A stretch of 64,000 nucleotides of DNA from Candidatus Pampinifervens sinense. Lineage in GTDB: Bacteria; Aquificota; Aquificia; Aquificales; Aquificaceae. A program made the position numbers and the translations under genes. The notes beneath the pieces are model-generated. The model was not told the origin of the DNA, made no database searches, and saw only the letters and a list, made by a program, of their open reading frames with translations. Position 1 is the first letter of the stretch, and every line of letters begins with the position of its first letter. Positions 46,520-56,368 of the stretch are shown piece by piece. The DNA lies in contig JAXSPP010000001.1 in assembly GCA_037927135.1 (NCBI GenBank), forward strand, positions 160,001 through 224,000. Direction: 5' to 3'.

Positions 46520-46541
46520 AGCCCCCTCTTGGGGGGCTTTT
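46520..46541 (+). terminator. Rho-independent terminator after major pilin
   Basis: AGCCCCC-TCTTG-GGGGGCT hairpin + TTT. Confidence 0.8.
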
Positions 46542-46544
46542 GCT

Positions 46545-46952
46545 ATGAGGAGGGGCTTTTCTCTTATAGAACTTTTGGTAGTGATTGCCATTTTGGCAGT
46601 GCTTGCCTCCATAGCTATTCCTTCCTACCTAAACTACCGAACAAAAGCTATGGTTGCATCTTATGCTCTTCCCTTGGCAAGGGCTTGTATGAACGATATA
46701 GCTTCCTATTGTAGTGCAGAAGCAAAGGATGAGACTTATAACAATCCAATAGGAGACTCAAGGTTTCCAAACTGTAGAGAAAACAATCAAGTGGCCGGTG
46801 GGAATGTAAAAATAAGTGTATTGACCACTCCTATCTGCAGTAATTCTGGCCTCTTGTCCCAAGGTGTTATAGTAGCCTACATTGAGGAATATGACAGCTA
46901 CAAAGCTTATTGCACTGTAGATGTTAGGCCTTTTAGGTGTTATATAGAGTAG
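46545..46952 (+). CDS. Second type IV pilin paralogue
   Basis: [24 protein letters not shown]; same six-Cys pattern as the upstream pilin. Confidence 0.85.
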   Translation: MRRGFSLIELLVVIAILAVLASIAIPSYLNYRTKAMVASYALPLARACMNDIASYCSAEAKDETYNNPIGDSRFPNCRENNQVAGGNVKISVLTTPICSNSGLLSQGVIVAYIEEYDSYKAYCTVDVRPFRCYIE

Positions 46953-47021
46953 AAAGAAGGGAAGGGGCAAAGCCCCAAAGAGGTGTGCTATGAAGGCGCA
47001 CGAGGGAAGGAGGCGCACCGG
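46953..47021 (-). ncRNA. Candidate small RNA with C-rich anti-SD-like motifs
   Basis: Minus-strand TTGAAA-17bp-(TG)TATATT promoter at 47055-47027; terminal hairpin GGGGC-TTT-GCCCC then a pyrimidine tail; no plausible minus-strand ORF from this promoter. Confidence 0.5.
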
Positions 47022-47056
47022 TTGATAATATAACATAAAATTCACACCATTTCAAC

Positions 47057-47070
47057 GTGATATAAATCAT
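47057..47070. promoter_or_regulatory. CRP/FNR-family-like box between sRNA candidate and icd
   Basis: GTGAT-ATAA-ATCAT, 8/10 match to TTGAT-N4-ATCAA. Confidence 0.4.
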
Positions 47071-47121
47071 ATAATTTCTGTGGTAAAATTTTCTTCCCTA
47101 AAAAACTCAAGAGGTGGAAGT

Positions 47122-48384
47122 ATGAAGTGGGACAATGTGTATCCTTGGGAAGGAAAGGCAAACATACCACAGGAAGGCCAGTTTATAAAACTTAAAGAGG
47201 ACAAAAGCCTTGAGGTGCCGGACAATCCCATAATCCCTTACATTGAAGGAGATGGCATAGGTCCAGAGATCGCACCTGCCATGATACATGTGGTAAACAC
47301 GGCTGTAGAGAGGGCCTATGGAGGAAAGAGAAGAATATACTGGGTTGAACTCCTTGCGGGTGATAAGGCTGAGGAGAAAACGGGCAAGCGTATGCCAGAG
47401 GAGACCCTTGAGGTGTTAAAGACCGCCATAGTCTCCATAAAGGGACCTCTTGGCACACCAGTAGGAAAGGGTGGAAAGTCTCTTAACGCCATCCTTCGCC
47501 AGTCTATGGACTTTTATTCTGCCATAAGGCCAGTCTATTGGCTTGGACAGCCTGCACCCATACCAAACCCCGAAAGGGTCAATGTGGCCGTCTTTAGGGA
47601 AAACTCTGACGACGTTTATATGAGCATAGAATACATGCCAAGGGCGGAAAATACACAAAAGGTAAGAGAATTCTTTATAAAGGAGATGGGCGTTTCTGAG
47701 TATGCTCTTCCCGAGGATTGCGGTATAACGGTAAAGCCTATGAGTGAATACAAGACAAAAAGACACGTGAGGAAGGCCTTAAGGTGGGCTTTGGAAAACA
47801 ACAAGAAGGTGGTGGCTGTGGTAGGAAAAGGGAACATAATGAAGGCCACGGAAGGAGCCTTTATGAACTGGGCCTTTGAAGTGGCAAAGGAGCCAGAGTT
47901 TGAAGGAAGGGTTATAACGGAGGGTGAGCCAAAGGAAGGACAGGTTTTGATGGTAAGGGTTATAACAGACCAGATGTTAATGCAGTTGGTCCTAAGGCCT
48001 GAGGCTTATGATGTGATAATTACACAAAACCTTAACGGTGATTATATATCCGACCTTGCCTCTGCTTTGGTGGGTGGACCGGGCTTTGTGCCAAGCGGAA
48101 ACATAGGCGATGGCTATGCCCTCTTTGAAAGCACTCACGGAACGGCCTACGATATAGCGGGCAAAGGCATTGCCAATCCCATATCCTTGACCCTTTCCGG
48201 TGCCATGATGCTAGAGTACCTTGGATGGAAAGAGGCTGCAAACCTTATCTATCAAGCGGTAAGGAAGGCTATAGAAGACAGGCTTGGAACTCCAGACATA
48301 GCCAACGGCTTTAGAAAAATGGGCCTTGAGGCAAAGGAGCTAAGCACCTTTGACTTTGCAAAGGCTATTGCAGAGAGAATATGA
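47122..48384 (+). CDS. icd: Isocitrate dehydrogenase (dimeric E. coli-type; likely reductive TCA role)
   Basis: IPYIEGDGIGPEI, IKGPLGTP, FRENSDD, NLNGDYISD and FESTHGTA motifs; GAGGTG SD before ATG 47122. Confidence 0.95.
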   Translation: MKWDNVYPWEGKANIPQEGQFIKLKEDKSLEVPDNPIIPYIEGDGIGPEIAPAMIHVVNTAVERAYGGKRRIYWVELLAGDKAEEKTGKRMPEETLEVLKTAIVSIKGPLGTPVGKGGKSLNAILRQSMDFYSAIRPVYWLGQPAPIPNPERVNVAVFRENSDDVYMSIEYMPRAENTQKVREFFIKEMGVSEYALPEDCGITVKPMSEYKTKRHVRKALRWALENNKKVVAVVGKGNIMKATEGAFMNWAFEVAKEPEFEGRVITEGEPKEGQVLMVRVITDQMLMQLVLRPEAYDVIITQNLNGDYISDLASALVGGPGFVPSGNIGDGYALFESTHGTAYDIAGKGIANPISLTLSGAMMLEYLGWKEAANLIYQAVRKAIEDRLGTPDIANGFRKMGLEAKELSTFDFAKAIAERI

Positions 48385-49612
48385 GTTCCTTGAACCTCTC
48401 CCCCCTTTCCTTGTAATCCCTGAACATATCAAAGGAGGCACAGGCTGGAGAAAAGAGGATAATATCTCCCGGGCTTGAAAGCTCAAAGGCTTTATTTACG
48501 GCCTCCTCCAAGCTTTGGAGAAGATAGACATCACAGCCCTTCCATGCCTTGGCTATTCTTTCCCTTGCCTCACCTATAAGCAAGCATGCTTTTGTTTTTC
48601 TTTTTACAAGGTCCCTTATACTTTCAAAATCTCCCCCCTTGTCCCTTCCGCCCGCAATAAGCACCACCCTTCCATCCTCAAAGCTCTCAAGGGCAGATTT
48701 CAAAGCGTTTACGGTGGTAGATTTAGAATCGTTATAGACCTCTCTACCCCCAAAGCTTCCAAGGTATTCCATCCTGTAAGGAAGGCCATTAAAGCTATAG
48801 AGTACCTCTTGGATTATCTCCAAAGGCACATCCATGAGCCTTGCCATGGCGCTGGCAAAGAGGGCATTCTGATAGTTGTGCTTCCCTTTTATCTTTAACC
48901 TTTCCACTTCAAAGAGAGGCTCACCAAGGAAGTAAGCCCTTCCATCTTTTATGTAGCCATCTGCACCTTCCTTAAAAAGGTAAAACTTCTTAGCCTTGTT
49001 CTCTGTAGCCCTTACCCTTTCATCAAGGCCGTTTAGTAAAAGAAAATCTTCTTCCTCTTGTCTCATAAAGATATTTCTTTTGCTCCACAGATAGTCCTCA
49101 AGGCTTTCATGCCAGTCAAGGTGGTCCTCGGAGAAGTTCAAAAAGGCACCTATATGGGGCCTAAAGCTTTTAAGGGTCTTGCCTTGAAAGGAAGATACCT
49201 CAAGCACCGCAATGCAAGAAGGGTTTCTTAGAACTATTTGAGACAAGGGAACTCCAGCATTGGCGCCCTCCTCCACATTGGCATAGTACTCTCTTAGCAT
49301 AAGGTAGGTGAGCCTTGTAGTGGTAGATTTGCCGTCGGTGCCCGTTATGGCCAAGGCTATACCCTTAAAGAACCTCCAAGCGAGCTCTAGCTCTCCTATA
49401 ACCTCTAGCCCTCTCCTTTCCGCCTCTTTCCATAAGGGATGCCTTGGTGGAATGCCGGGAGAAAGAACTACTGTGTCTACAATGTCTAAATACTCTCTGA
49501 AGTCATCACCTTTTGCATCATCACCGCTGTAGACCTCAAAGCCCTTTGCCTTCAAAAGCTCCACCGTAGACCTTCCGCTAACACCAAGGCCCCAAACAAG
49601 GAACTTTTTCAT
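48365..49612 (-). CDS. murD: UDP-MurNAc-L-Ala:D-Glu ligase
   Basis: SPGIP, AITGTDGKSTT, LEVSSFQ, NDSKST and SPACASFDMF motifs. Confidence 0.96.
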   Translation of the reverse strand: MKKFLVWGLGVSGRSTVELLKAKGFEVYSGDDAKGDDFREYLDIVDTVVLSPGIPPRHPLWKEAERRGLEVIGELELAWRFFKGIALAITGTDGKSTTTRLTYLMLREYYANVEEGANAGVPLSQIVLRNPSCIAVLEVSSFQGKTLKSFRPHIGAFLNFSEDHLDWHESLEDYLWSKRNIFMRQEEEDFLLLNGLDERVRATENKAKKFYLFKEGADGYIKDGRAYFLGEPLFEVERLKIKGKHNYQNALFASAMARLMDVPLEIIQEVLYSFNGLPYRMEYLGSFGGREVYNDSKSTTVNALKSALESFEDGRVVLIAGGRDKGGDFESIRDLVKRKTKACLLIGEARERIAKAWKGCDVYLLQSLEEAVNKAFELSSPGDIILFSPACASFDMFRDYKERGERFKELIFSLQ

Positions 49613-49614
49613 AT

Positions 49615-51381
49615 CTATAGCTCCTTATGTATTCCTTCTATATAAATCCTTTCAAGTATCCTTCTCGCTATAGGCGCTGCAGCAGAACCGCCAGAGCCAC
49701 CGTGTTCCACAAGCACACCGATTACAAAAACAGGGTCCCTGTAGGGTGCAAAGCCTATAAACCATGCATGGTCTCTAAGATGGTAGGGTAAGTTTTTCCG
49801 CCTTGCGCTATGCACGGATATTTGTGCCGTTCCTGTCTTTCCCGCTATATCCACTATGCTTGAGTAGGCGGAGGTAGCTGTGCCTTTTCTTACCACATCC
49901 CTAAGAGCTTCCCTCACCAAAGCAAAGTATTCTGGCTTTGTCCTCACCACTTTATACACACTTTTCTTTGCCTTCCATACTACATTCCCATTAGCATCCC
50001 TCTTTTCTCTTACCAATATAGGCCTATATATAACACCATCGTTCACAATTGCCATCATCATTAAAGTTTGTTCAAAAAGGGTAGCTTTCATAAAACCCTG
50101 TCCTATGGACATATTGACCGTATCACCACCATACCAAGGCTCTTTAAGCTTACTCCTTTTCCACTGTGGAGTGGGTATAAAGCCCTTTGAAAGGGGAAGG
50201 TCAAAGGGTATCTCCTCCCCGTAAGAAAAACTTCTTAAGACCCTTTCTATCTCCCTTGGGCCAAGCTTGTAATATCCATAATGGTAAAAGTAAACATCAC
50301 AGGAATCTTCTATGGCCTTGTGTAGGTTTACCCATCCATGGCCAGACCTATTCCAGCAAAGAAACTTCCTATTTCCAAGCTCAAAGCTTCCATGACATAC
50401 CACCCCTTCTTTGGGAGACACACCTTTTTCAAGGAGTGCCACGCCAAGGGCAGTCTTTATAACAGAGGCCGGTGGATATTTGGCATACAAGACTCTGTTA
50501 AAAAGAGGCTTTAGGCTGTCTTTTGAGTAAAGCTCCCACAGGTCGGAGATTTTGTTTGGATCAAAGGATGGATAGCTAAGAAGAGTTAGTACTTCACCAT
50601 TTCTTGCATCAAGGATAAGCACAGCACCAGCCTTATGCCCAGACTCTTTGAAAACTTCATAGGCTATCTTCTGTATCCTAATATCTATACTTAGCACAAG
50701 GGTATACCCCTTTTGAGGCTCCACATAGCCTATATTTCTTATCACCTTTCCTACAGCATTTACCATAACCTCCTCCGCACCTATCTTGCCCAAAAGATCT
50801 TGATCAAAGGCCTTTTCAACACCGTATAAACCTACAAGACTCTGTGTGCTTATTCTGTCTTTATATTTCTCCAGATGCTTCTCCGTAGGATAGCCCACAT
50901 AACCAATTACATGGGCGCAGTACTCTCCGTATGGATAGAACCTTGAGGGCACTGTGTTGATAAAAACTCCCGGAAGCTTATAGCTATTGTTGTAGAACTT
51001 ATCTATATCCTCTTGACTTTTCAGTTCCATAAGAAGTATAGGCTCTATACCTTTTTTCCTTTTTAAACCCTCGTAGTTAAGATCTATGCCGAACAATTCT
51101 TTAAGATTCCTTAAAACTTCCTTTAAATCCTTTTCCTCTTGAAGCTTTTGATTGTCTAAGAATAGCATATACTTTGGTGTATCCTGTGCAAGCTTTTCAC
51201 CCCTTCTGTCCAAAATATCACCTCTCTGAGGATATATTATCCTCCTCCTCACATAGTTTTTTTGAGAAAGCTCTTTATATAAACCACCCTTTATAATTTG
51301 AAGATAGAATAGCCTTATGATAACTGTAAGATACAGAAACACACCAATGATAAGCAGAAATATAAATCTTCTTCTACTCAT
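49615..51381 (-). CDS. mrdA: Penicillin-binding protein 2
   Basis: RGDILDR, YPPASVIK (SxxK), SCDVYFY and KTGTAQ motifs. Confidence 0.93.
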   Translation of the reverse strand: MSRRRFIFLLIIGVFLYLTVIIRLFYLQIIKGGLYKELSQKNYVRRRIIYPQRGDILDRRGEKLAQDTPKYMLFLDNQKLQEEKDLKEVLRNLKELFGIDLNYEGLKRKKGIEPILLMELKSQEDIDKFYNNSYKLPGVFINTVPSRFYPYGEYCAHVIGYVGYPTEKHLEKYKDRISTQSLVGLYGVEKAFDQDLLGKIGAEEVMVNAVGKVIRNIGYVEPQKGYTLVLSIDIRIQKIAYEVFKESGHKAGAVLILDARNGEVLTLLSYPSFDPNKISDLWELYSKDSLKPLFNRVLYAKYPPASVIKTALGVALLEKGVSPKEGVVCHGSFELGNRKFLCWNRSGHGWVNLHKAIEDSCDVYFYHYGYYKLGPREIERVLRSFSYGEEIPFDLPLSKGFIPTPQWKRSKLKEPWYGGDTVNMSIGQGFMKATLFEQTLMMMAIVNDGVIYRPILVREKRDANGNVVWKAKKSVYKVVRTKPEYFALVREALRDVVRKGTATSAYSSIVDIAGKTGTAQISVHSARRKNLPYHLRDHAWFIGFAPYRDPVFVIGVLVEHGGSGGSAAAPIARRILERIYIEGIHKEL

Positions 51382-51826
51382 GCTTATATACCATGTATCT
51401 TCTTATAATTAGCATAGCAAAGGTTAGTTCTATAGCAAGCCCTAGGAAAAGCAGTATAGGATCAATCCCTGCATAATACCTTAATCTAAAGAAGAACAAA
51501 ATCCATAGCTTCTCCAAGATGGATAAAAAGGCATAAACTAGAAATAAGGATACTATATTTGGAAACTCAAACCTAGCTTTAAGCAAGCTTAACACTATTG
51601 AAAAGAAAATATGACCGGAAATATGCAGACCTAATGAGTCTTGGAAAAGGTCTAAAAATAAGCCTGATAGAACCGCTTTCTTAAGAAGACACTCTTCTTC
51701 CCTTACAAGGTTTATAAAAAGATACACAAGAAGAAGGTTTGGTGCTGTAAGAAAGTTATGAAAAATTGCCAACAAGATAGAACTTTGAAAAAAGGCAATG
51801 ATGAAAGCAAAAAGGTAAAACCTCAT
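51374..51826 (-). CDS. mreD: Rod shape-determining protein MreD
   Basis: Hydrophobic; PNLLL and GLFLDL...LG motifs; lies between mreC and mrdA. Confidence 0.8.
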   Translation of the reverse strand: MRFYLFAFIIAFFQSSILLAIFHNFLTAPNLLLVYLFINLVREEECLLKKAVLSGLFLDLFQDSLGLHISGHIFFSIVLSLLKARFEFPNIVSLFLVYAFLSILEKLWILFFFRLRYYAGIDPILLFLGLAIELTFAMLIIRRYMVYKHE

Positions 51827-52611
51827 AGCTTTTCCTTTATCAATATACAATAAGAGATTCTTCTTATGTCTACAGCCGGCTTTACCTCTACCCTTTTAAA
51901 AAAACCCTTATCCTCTTCCGAAATCCTACTAACTTTACCTATTGTAAAGCTTGGAATGTTGCCCAAAGGAGACCTTAAAAGAACCACATCCCCTACCTTA
52001 ATAGGATCTTCAAGGCCAACGTGCAACAAGAAGCCATAAGGATACCCTCCTTTGTATATATAGGCCTTACTGTTAGCCATCGCACTAATAGAAAAGTCCT
52101 TAGAAAAGACGGTTCTAATACGGGCTGAACTTCCATAAACTCTATCCACAATACCTATTAGCTTATCTTCATAAAAGGCTATCATACCCTCTGACAGGCC
52201 AGCATCTTGGCCTTTATTAATAAGTATAAAGGTGTCGTTGCCCGAGGGATCATAGGCTATAATACCTGCATAAACTATAGAAAGCCTTTTCACCTCTAAA
52301 GGTAGGTTTATAATCCTGCTTACTGATAGTAGATTGTTTTCACACGTGGATAACTGCACCTTATAAAGATTACATGCTTGCAGTTCCTTTTTAAGTTCTT
52401 GGTTTTCTTTACTTACGTTCACAAGAATCACATAGGTATTTATCATACTTTTTGTAAATTCAATTAAATTCCCTTTAAACTCAAAGAGGGGCTGGACCAG
52501 CGTTTTCAACGTATTATGAAAAAAACCGATATAAGGCAAGGCAGACAGGTTAACAAAGTAGATAAAAAGGCTTACAACTAAAGCAAAAAGTTGAATTAAA
52601 TACCTTTTCAT
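51823..52611 (-). CDS. mreC: Rod shape-determining protein MreC
   Basis: TM, coiled coil [15 protein letters not shown] and VEVKPAVD motifs. Confidence 0.9.
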   Translation of the reverse strand: MKRYLIQLFALVVSLFIYFVNLSALPYIGFFHNTLKTLVQPLFEFKGNLIEFTKSMINTYVILVNVSKENQELKKELQACNLYKVQLSTCENNLLSVSRIINLPLEVKRLSIVYAGIIAYDPSGNDTFILINKGQDAGLSEGMIAFYEDKLIGIVDRVYGSSARIRTVFSKDFSISAMANSKAYIYKGGYPYGFLLHVGLEDPIKVGDVVLLRSPLGNIPSFTIGKVSRISEEDKGFFKRVEVKPAVDIRRISYCILIKEKL

Positions 52612-53639
52612 ATCATGGATACTTTCCTTATCAGCTCTATGTTATCAAGCACTTTACCAACTCCCCTTGCTACGGCAGTTATAGGATCTTCGCAATATTG
52701 CGTTTTTATACCGGTTTCCCTTTCTATCCTTACATTGAGGTTTCTAAGGAGGGATCCCCCACCGGCCAAAGTTATCCCCCTTTCTGCTATGTCAGAAGCA
52801 AGCTCTGGTGGCGTCCTTTCCAATGTTGTCCTTATGGCGTTTACTATGGAAGAAATCACATCCTCCAGCGCCTCTGTAACGTCCCTGTTGCTTATACTTA
52901 CTACCTTAGGCAATCCCGTTACATCCCTACCTTTTATCTCCATAAACCTTTCCTCTTCTTCGTATATAGCACTTCCCAACTCTATCTTCACCCTTTCTGC
53001 CGTTTGTTCCCCTATCAGAAGATGGTACTTTTTCTTCACATGCTGAATTATAGATTCGGTCATTTCATCCCCAGCAACCCTTATGGAATTGGATACAACT
53101 ATGCCAGCAAGGGATATGACAGCTATTTCCGTAGTTCCTCCACCAATGTCTACCACCATATTACCTATAGGCTCTTCTATTGGAAGGTCTGCGCCTATGG
53201 CTGCGGCCATAGGTTCTGCTATAAGATAAACCTCCCTTGCGCCAGCGCTCTTTGCTGCATCTATCACAGCCCTTTTTTCCACTTGTGTGACCCCGGAAGG
53301 CACCCCTATGACTACCCTAGGCTTTGCTCTAAAGATACTTCCCCCTATGGCCTTGTTTATGAAGTAAGAAAGCATAACCTTTGTGGCTTCAAAGTCTGTG
53401 ATTACTCCGTCTCTTAGAGGCCTTATGGTTTGTATGGTCCCAGGAGTTTTACCAAGCATTTCCTTTGCCTCTTTGCCAACTGCAAGCACTTTCCCATTCC
53501 TTACATCAATGGCCACTATGGAAGGTTCATAAAGGACTATGCCTTTGCCTTGCACATAAACAACCGTGTTGGCAGTGCCAAGGTCAATGCCTATGTTGCT
53601 AGGGATAAATCCAAAAAGGTTTGCTAATTTGCTTAACAT
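52608..53639 (-). CDS. mreB: Rod shape-determining protein MreB
   Basis: [26 protein letters not shown] and LAGGGSLL motifs. Confidence 0.98.
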   Translation of the reverse strand: MLSKLANLFGFIPSNIGIDLGTANTVVYVQGKGIVLYEPSIVAIDVRNGKVLAVGKEAKEMLGKTPGTIQTIRPLRDGVITDFEATKVMLSYFINKAIGGSIFRAKPRVVIGVPSGVTQVEKRAVIDAAKSAGAREVYLIAEPMAAAIGADLPIEEPIGNMVVDIGGGTTEIAVISLAGIVVSNSIRVAGDEMTESIIQHVKKKYHLLIGEQTAERVKIELGSAIYEEEERFMEIKGRDVTGLPKVVSISNRDVTEALEDVISSIVNAIRTTLERTPPELASDIAERGITLAGGGSLLRNLNVRIERETGIKTQYCEDPITAVARGVGKVLDNIELIRKVSMI

Positions 53640-53656
53640 CCCTAATATTATAAACT

Positions 53657-55753
53657 ATGGATGCTATTTTGACTAAAAAACAGGAAGAAAAGCTTATTAA
53701 AATCCTGGGTGGGGAAGATGAGTCTATAAGAAGGGCCCTAGAATTTATAGAAGAAAAGCATGCAGGGCAGTATAGAAAGTCTGGCGAACCTTATGTGATC
53801 CATCCCATAGAAGTGGCCATAACCCTTGCAGAGCTTGGTATGGATAAAAGCACCATAATAGCTGGCCTGTTGCATGATGTTTTGGAGGATACACAAACCA
53901 CCTATGAAGAAATAAAGCAAAAGTTTGGAAAGGAAGTGGCAGACCTGGTAGAGGGTGTTACAAAGCTTAGTAAGATACACTTTAAAGACATTCAAACGCA
54001 AAAGGCGGAAAACTACAGAAAGTTAATACTTGCCTTTTCAAAGGACCTAAGGGTTATCTTTATAAAACTTGCTGACAGGCTTCACAATATGAAAACCCTT
54101 CAATGTTTTAGTAGGGAAAAACAGGTAAGGATAGCAAGGGAAACACTTGAAATATATGTGCCTATAGCCAACAGGCTTGGCCTTTGGAAAGTAAAAACGG
54201 AGCTTGAGGACCTTTGTTTTATGTATTTATATCCAAAGGAGTATGAAGAGGTAAAAAACTTTGTAGGAAAAAGCAGGAAGGACCTGGAGGACTACCTAAA
54301 AAGGTTATTTATACCAAAGCTGAAAGAAGAACTGAAAAAAGCTGGTATTGAGGCCCACATAACCTATAGGCCAAAGCACCTTTATGGAATATGGCAAAAG
54401 ACCTTACGCAAAGGTATAAGGCTTGAAGATGTGCATGATATTCTCGGGGTAAGGGTTATAGTGAATACAGTTCAAGAGTGCTACCTTGTGCTTGGCTTGG
54501 TGCATAGCATCTTTAAGCCTGTGCCAGGAAAGTTTGACGATTATATATCCTTACCTAAACCAAACCTTTACCAGTCTCTTCATACGGCGGTGATAGGTCC
54601 AAAGGGTAGGATGGTGGAGGTGCAGATAAGGACTTGGGAGATGCATGAAAGGGCTGAGAAGGGTATTGCTGCCCACTGGGCCTATAAGGAAGGAAAGATT
54701 GTAAACGATGATAACAGTATATACTCCTGGTTGAAGAGCTTGGTGGAGAGCGTGCAAGGAAGCAAAAACCCAGAAGAGCTTTTGGAGAACTTAAAGCTAG
54801 AACTCTTTTCTGAGGAAGTTTTTGTCTTCACTCCAAAGGGGGACCTGGTGGTGCTTCCAAAGGGTGCCACGCCTGTGGACTTTGCCTACTATATACATAC
54901 AGATATAGGCAATCATTGTGCGGGAGCAAAGGTAAACGGTAGGATAGTGCCGTTGAACTACAGGCTTCAAAACGGTGATATTGTGGAGATAATAACAAAC
55001 CCAAACAAAAGGCCCAATCCAGAATGGCTAAACTTTGTGGTCACTTCAAAGGCAAAAAGCAGGATAAAAGCAGTCCTCAAAGAGCTTGAAAGGGAAAGGT
55101 ATATACAGATAGGTAGGGAGAGGTTTGAGCTTTATCTTCAGAGGCTTGGTATAGATAGGGAAAGCTTCATGAAAAAGCTTATGGAGGAAGCTAAGGTTAA
55201 GGACGAGGAAGAGCTCTTCTTTCTTTTGGGTAGTGGTAGACTTCCAAAGGAGAGGATATACGCCTTATTCAGGAAAAAGGATAAGGAGAGGGGTTATGAA
55301 AGGGTTGAAGATGTCATTCATATTGATGGCCTTGGCAATGTGCTACATGGGCTTGCAGAATGTTGTAATCCCTTGCCGGGAGAAGAGGTTTACGGTGTGA
55401 TCTCAAAAGGAAGGGGTCTTATCATCCACTCAAAGGAGTGTCCGAATATAGCCTATTTGCAAAAGGTGTCTCCGGAAAAGGTCATTAAAGTCCAATGGAA
55501 CAGGGCACAAGGATTGCACACCACCAGGATAAGGATCGTGGTGAAGGATAGGGTAGGTATATTGGCTGAGGTAACATCCGCCATATCAAAGATGGGTGCC
55601 AACATAACAGAAGCCAGGACAAAGAGCTTACCCTCTGGAGAGGCCATTATGGATTTTACTATACAGGTCAAAAACTATGAAGAGTTTTTAAGGGTTTTGA
55701 GCGCTGTAAGGACTATAGAAGGTGTGGAGGATTGTCGTCGGCTCTTTTCTTAA
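53657..55753 (+). CDS. spoT: Bifunctional (p)ppGpp synthetase/hydrolase (Rel/SpoT)
   Basis: HD domain LLHDVLED; KLADRLHNM, YQSLHT and EVQIRT motifs; TGS and ACT domains. Confidence 0.95.
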   Translation: MDAILTKKQEEKLIKILGGEDESIRRALEFIEEKHAGQYRKSGEPYVIHPIEVAITLAELGMDKSTIIAGLLHDVLEDTQTTYEEIKQKFGKEVADLVEGVTKLSKIHFKDIQTQKAENYRKLILAFSKDLRVIFIKLADRLHNMKTLQCFSREKQVRIARETLEIYVPIANRLGLWKVKTELEDLCFMYLYPKEYEEVKNFVGKSRKDLEDYLKRLFIPKLKEELKKAGIEAHITYRPKHLYGIWQKTLRKGIRLEDVHDILGVRVIVNTVQECYLVLGLVHSIFKPVPGKFDDYISLPKPNLYQSLHTAVIGPKGRMVEVQIRTWEMHERAEKGIAAHWAYKEGKIVNDDNSIYSWLKSLVESVQGSKNPEELLENLKLELFSEEVFVFTPKGDLVVLPKGATPVDFAYYIHTDIGNHCAGAKVNGRIVPLNYRLQNGDIVEIITNPNKRPNPEWLNFVVTSKAKSRIKAVLKELERERYIQIGRERFELYLQRLGIDRESFMKKLMEEAKVKDEEELFFLLGSGRLPKERIYALFRKKDKERGYERVEDVIHIDGLGNVLHGLAECCNPLPGEEVYGVISKGRGLIIHSKECPNIAYLQKVSPEKVIKVQWNRAQGLHTTRIRIVVKDRVGILAEVTSAISKMGANITEARTKSLPSGEAIMDFTIQVKNYEEFLRVLSAVRTIEGVEDCRRLFS

Positions 55754-55768
55754 ATTAAAATAACTCCT

Positions 55769-56368
55769 ATGAGCACAAAAAGGAAGGAATTAAAAGAGCA
55801 AAAAAGGCTTGAAATTATAAGGGCAGCTTGTAAACTCTTTGCAGAAAAAGGCTACTACAACACAACCATACCCCACATAGCCCAGGCTGTTGGCATGAGC
55901 GTTGGAAATATATACAACTACTTTGAGTCTAAGGAGGCGTTGGCAAAGGAGATAATGATAACAGTCTCCAATTGGGTAGCGGAAAGGCTAAGGAAGATAG
56001 AAGAGATGGATGTGGATTATAGGGAAAAGATAAGGCTTTTTGTAAAGAGTTTTTTTGAAATAGCCTTAGAGGAGCCAGAACTTATAAACTACTTTCTAAA
56101 GGTCTTTTTGGTAAACAGGGAGGTCTTTAGCGAAGGCTGTGAGGGCTTTGCCTGTGTGGCAAGCGTTATAACAGAGGTTATGGTCTTTTTGAGCAACGGT
56201 ATAGAAAGGGGGGAGCTTAGAAATCAGAGTTTTTATCCAGCCTTTACCACCATAATGGGCCCCCTTGGTGGTATGGTCTTTTTACACAGCGAGGGCCTTC
56301 TTGATAAATCCCTTATGGACTATGTGGATGAGGTTTCAGAAAACCTTTGGAGGGCTTTGAAAGCTTAG
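55769..56368 (+). CDS. TetR/AcrR-family transcriptional regulator
   Basis: LFAEKGY..TTI..IA..VGMSVGNIYNYFESKE HTH. Confidence 0.9.
   Translation: MSTKRKELKEQKRLEIIRAACKLFAEKGYYNTTIPHIAQAVGMSVGNIYNYFESKEALAKEIMITVSNWVAERLRKIEEMDVDYREKIRLFVKSFFEIALEEPELINYFLKVFLVNREVFSEGCEGFACVASVITEVMVFLSNGIERGELRNQSFYPAFTTIMGPLGGMVFLHSEGLLDKSLMDYVDEVSENLWRALKA

Noticed and set aside
47021-47040. Fur-box-like TGATAAT at the sRNA candidate promoter
   Set aside because: Only one half-site matches, and it is explained by the AT-rich -10 region
52698-53417. 239-aa plus-strand ORF and many other 60-175 aa ORFs antisense to or nested in known genes (e.g. 10406-10906, 17943-18371, 20277-20801, 29805-30278)
   Set aside because: Shadow ORFs of well-conserved genes, with no SD, atypical composition and no motifs
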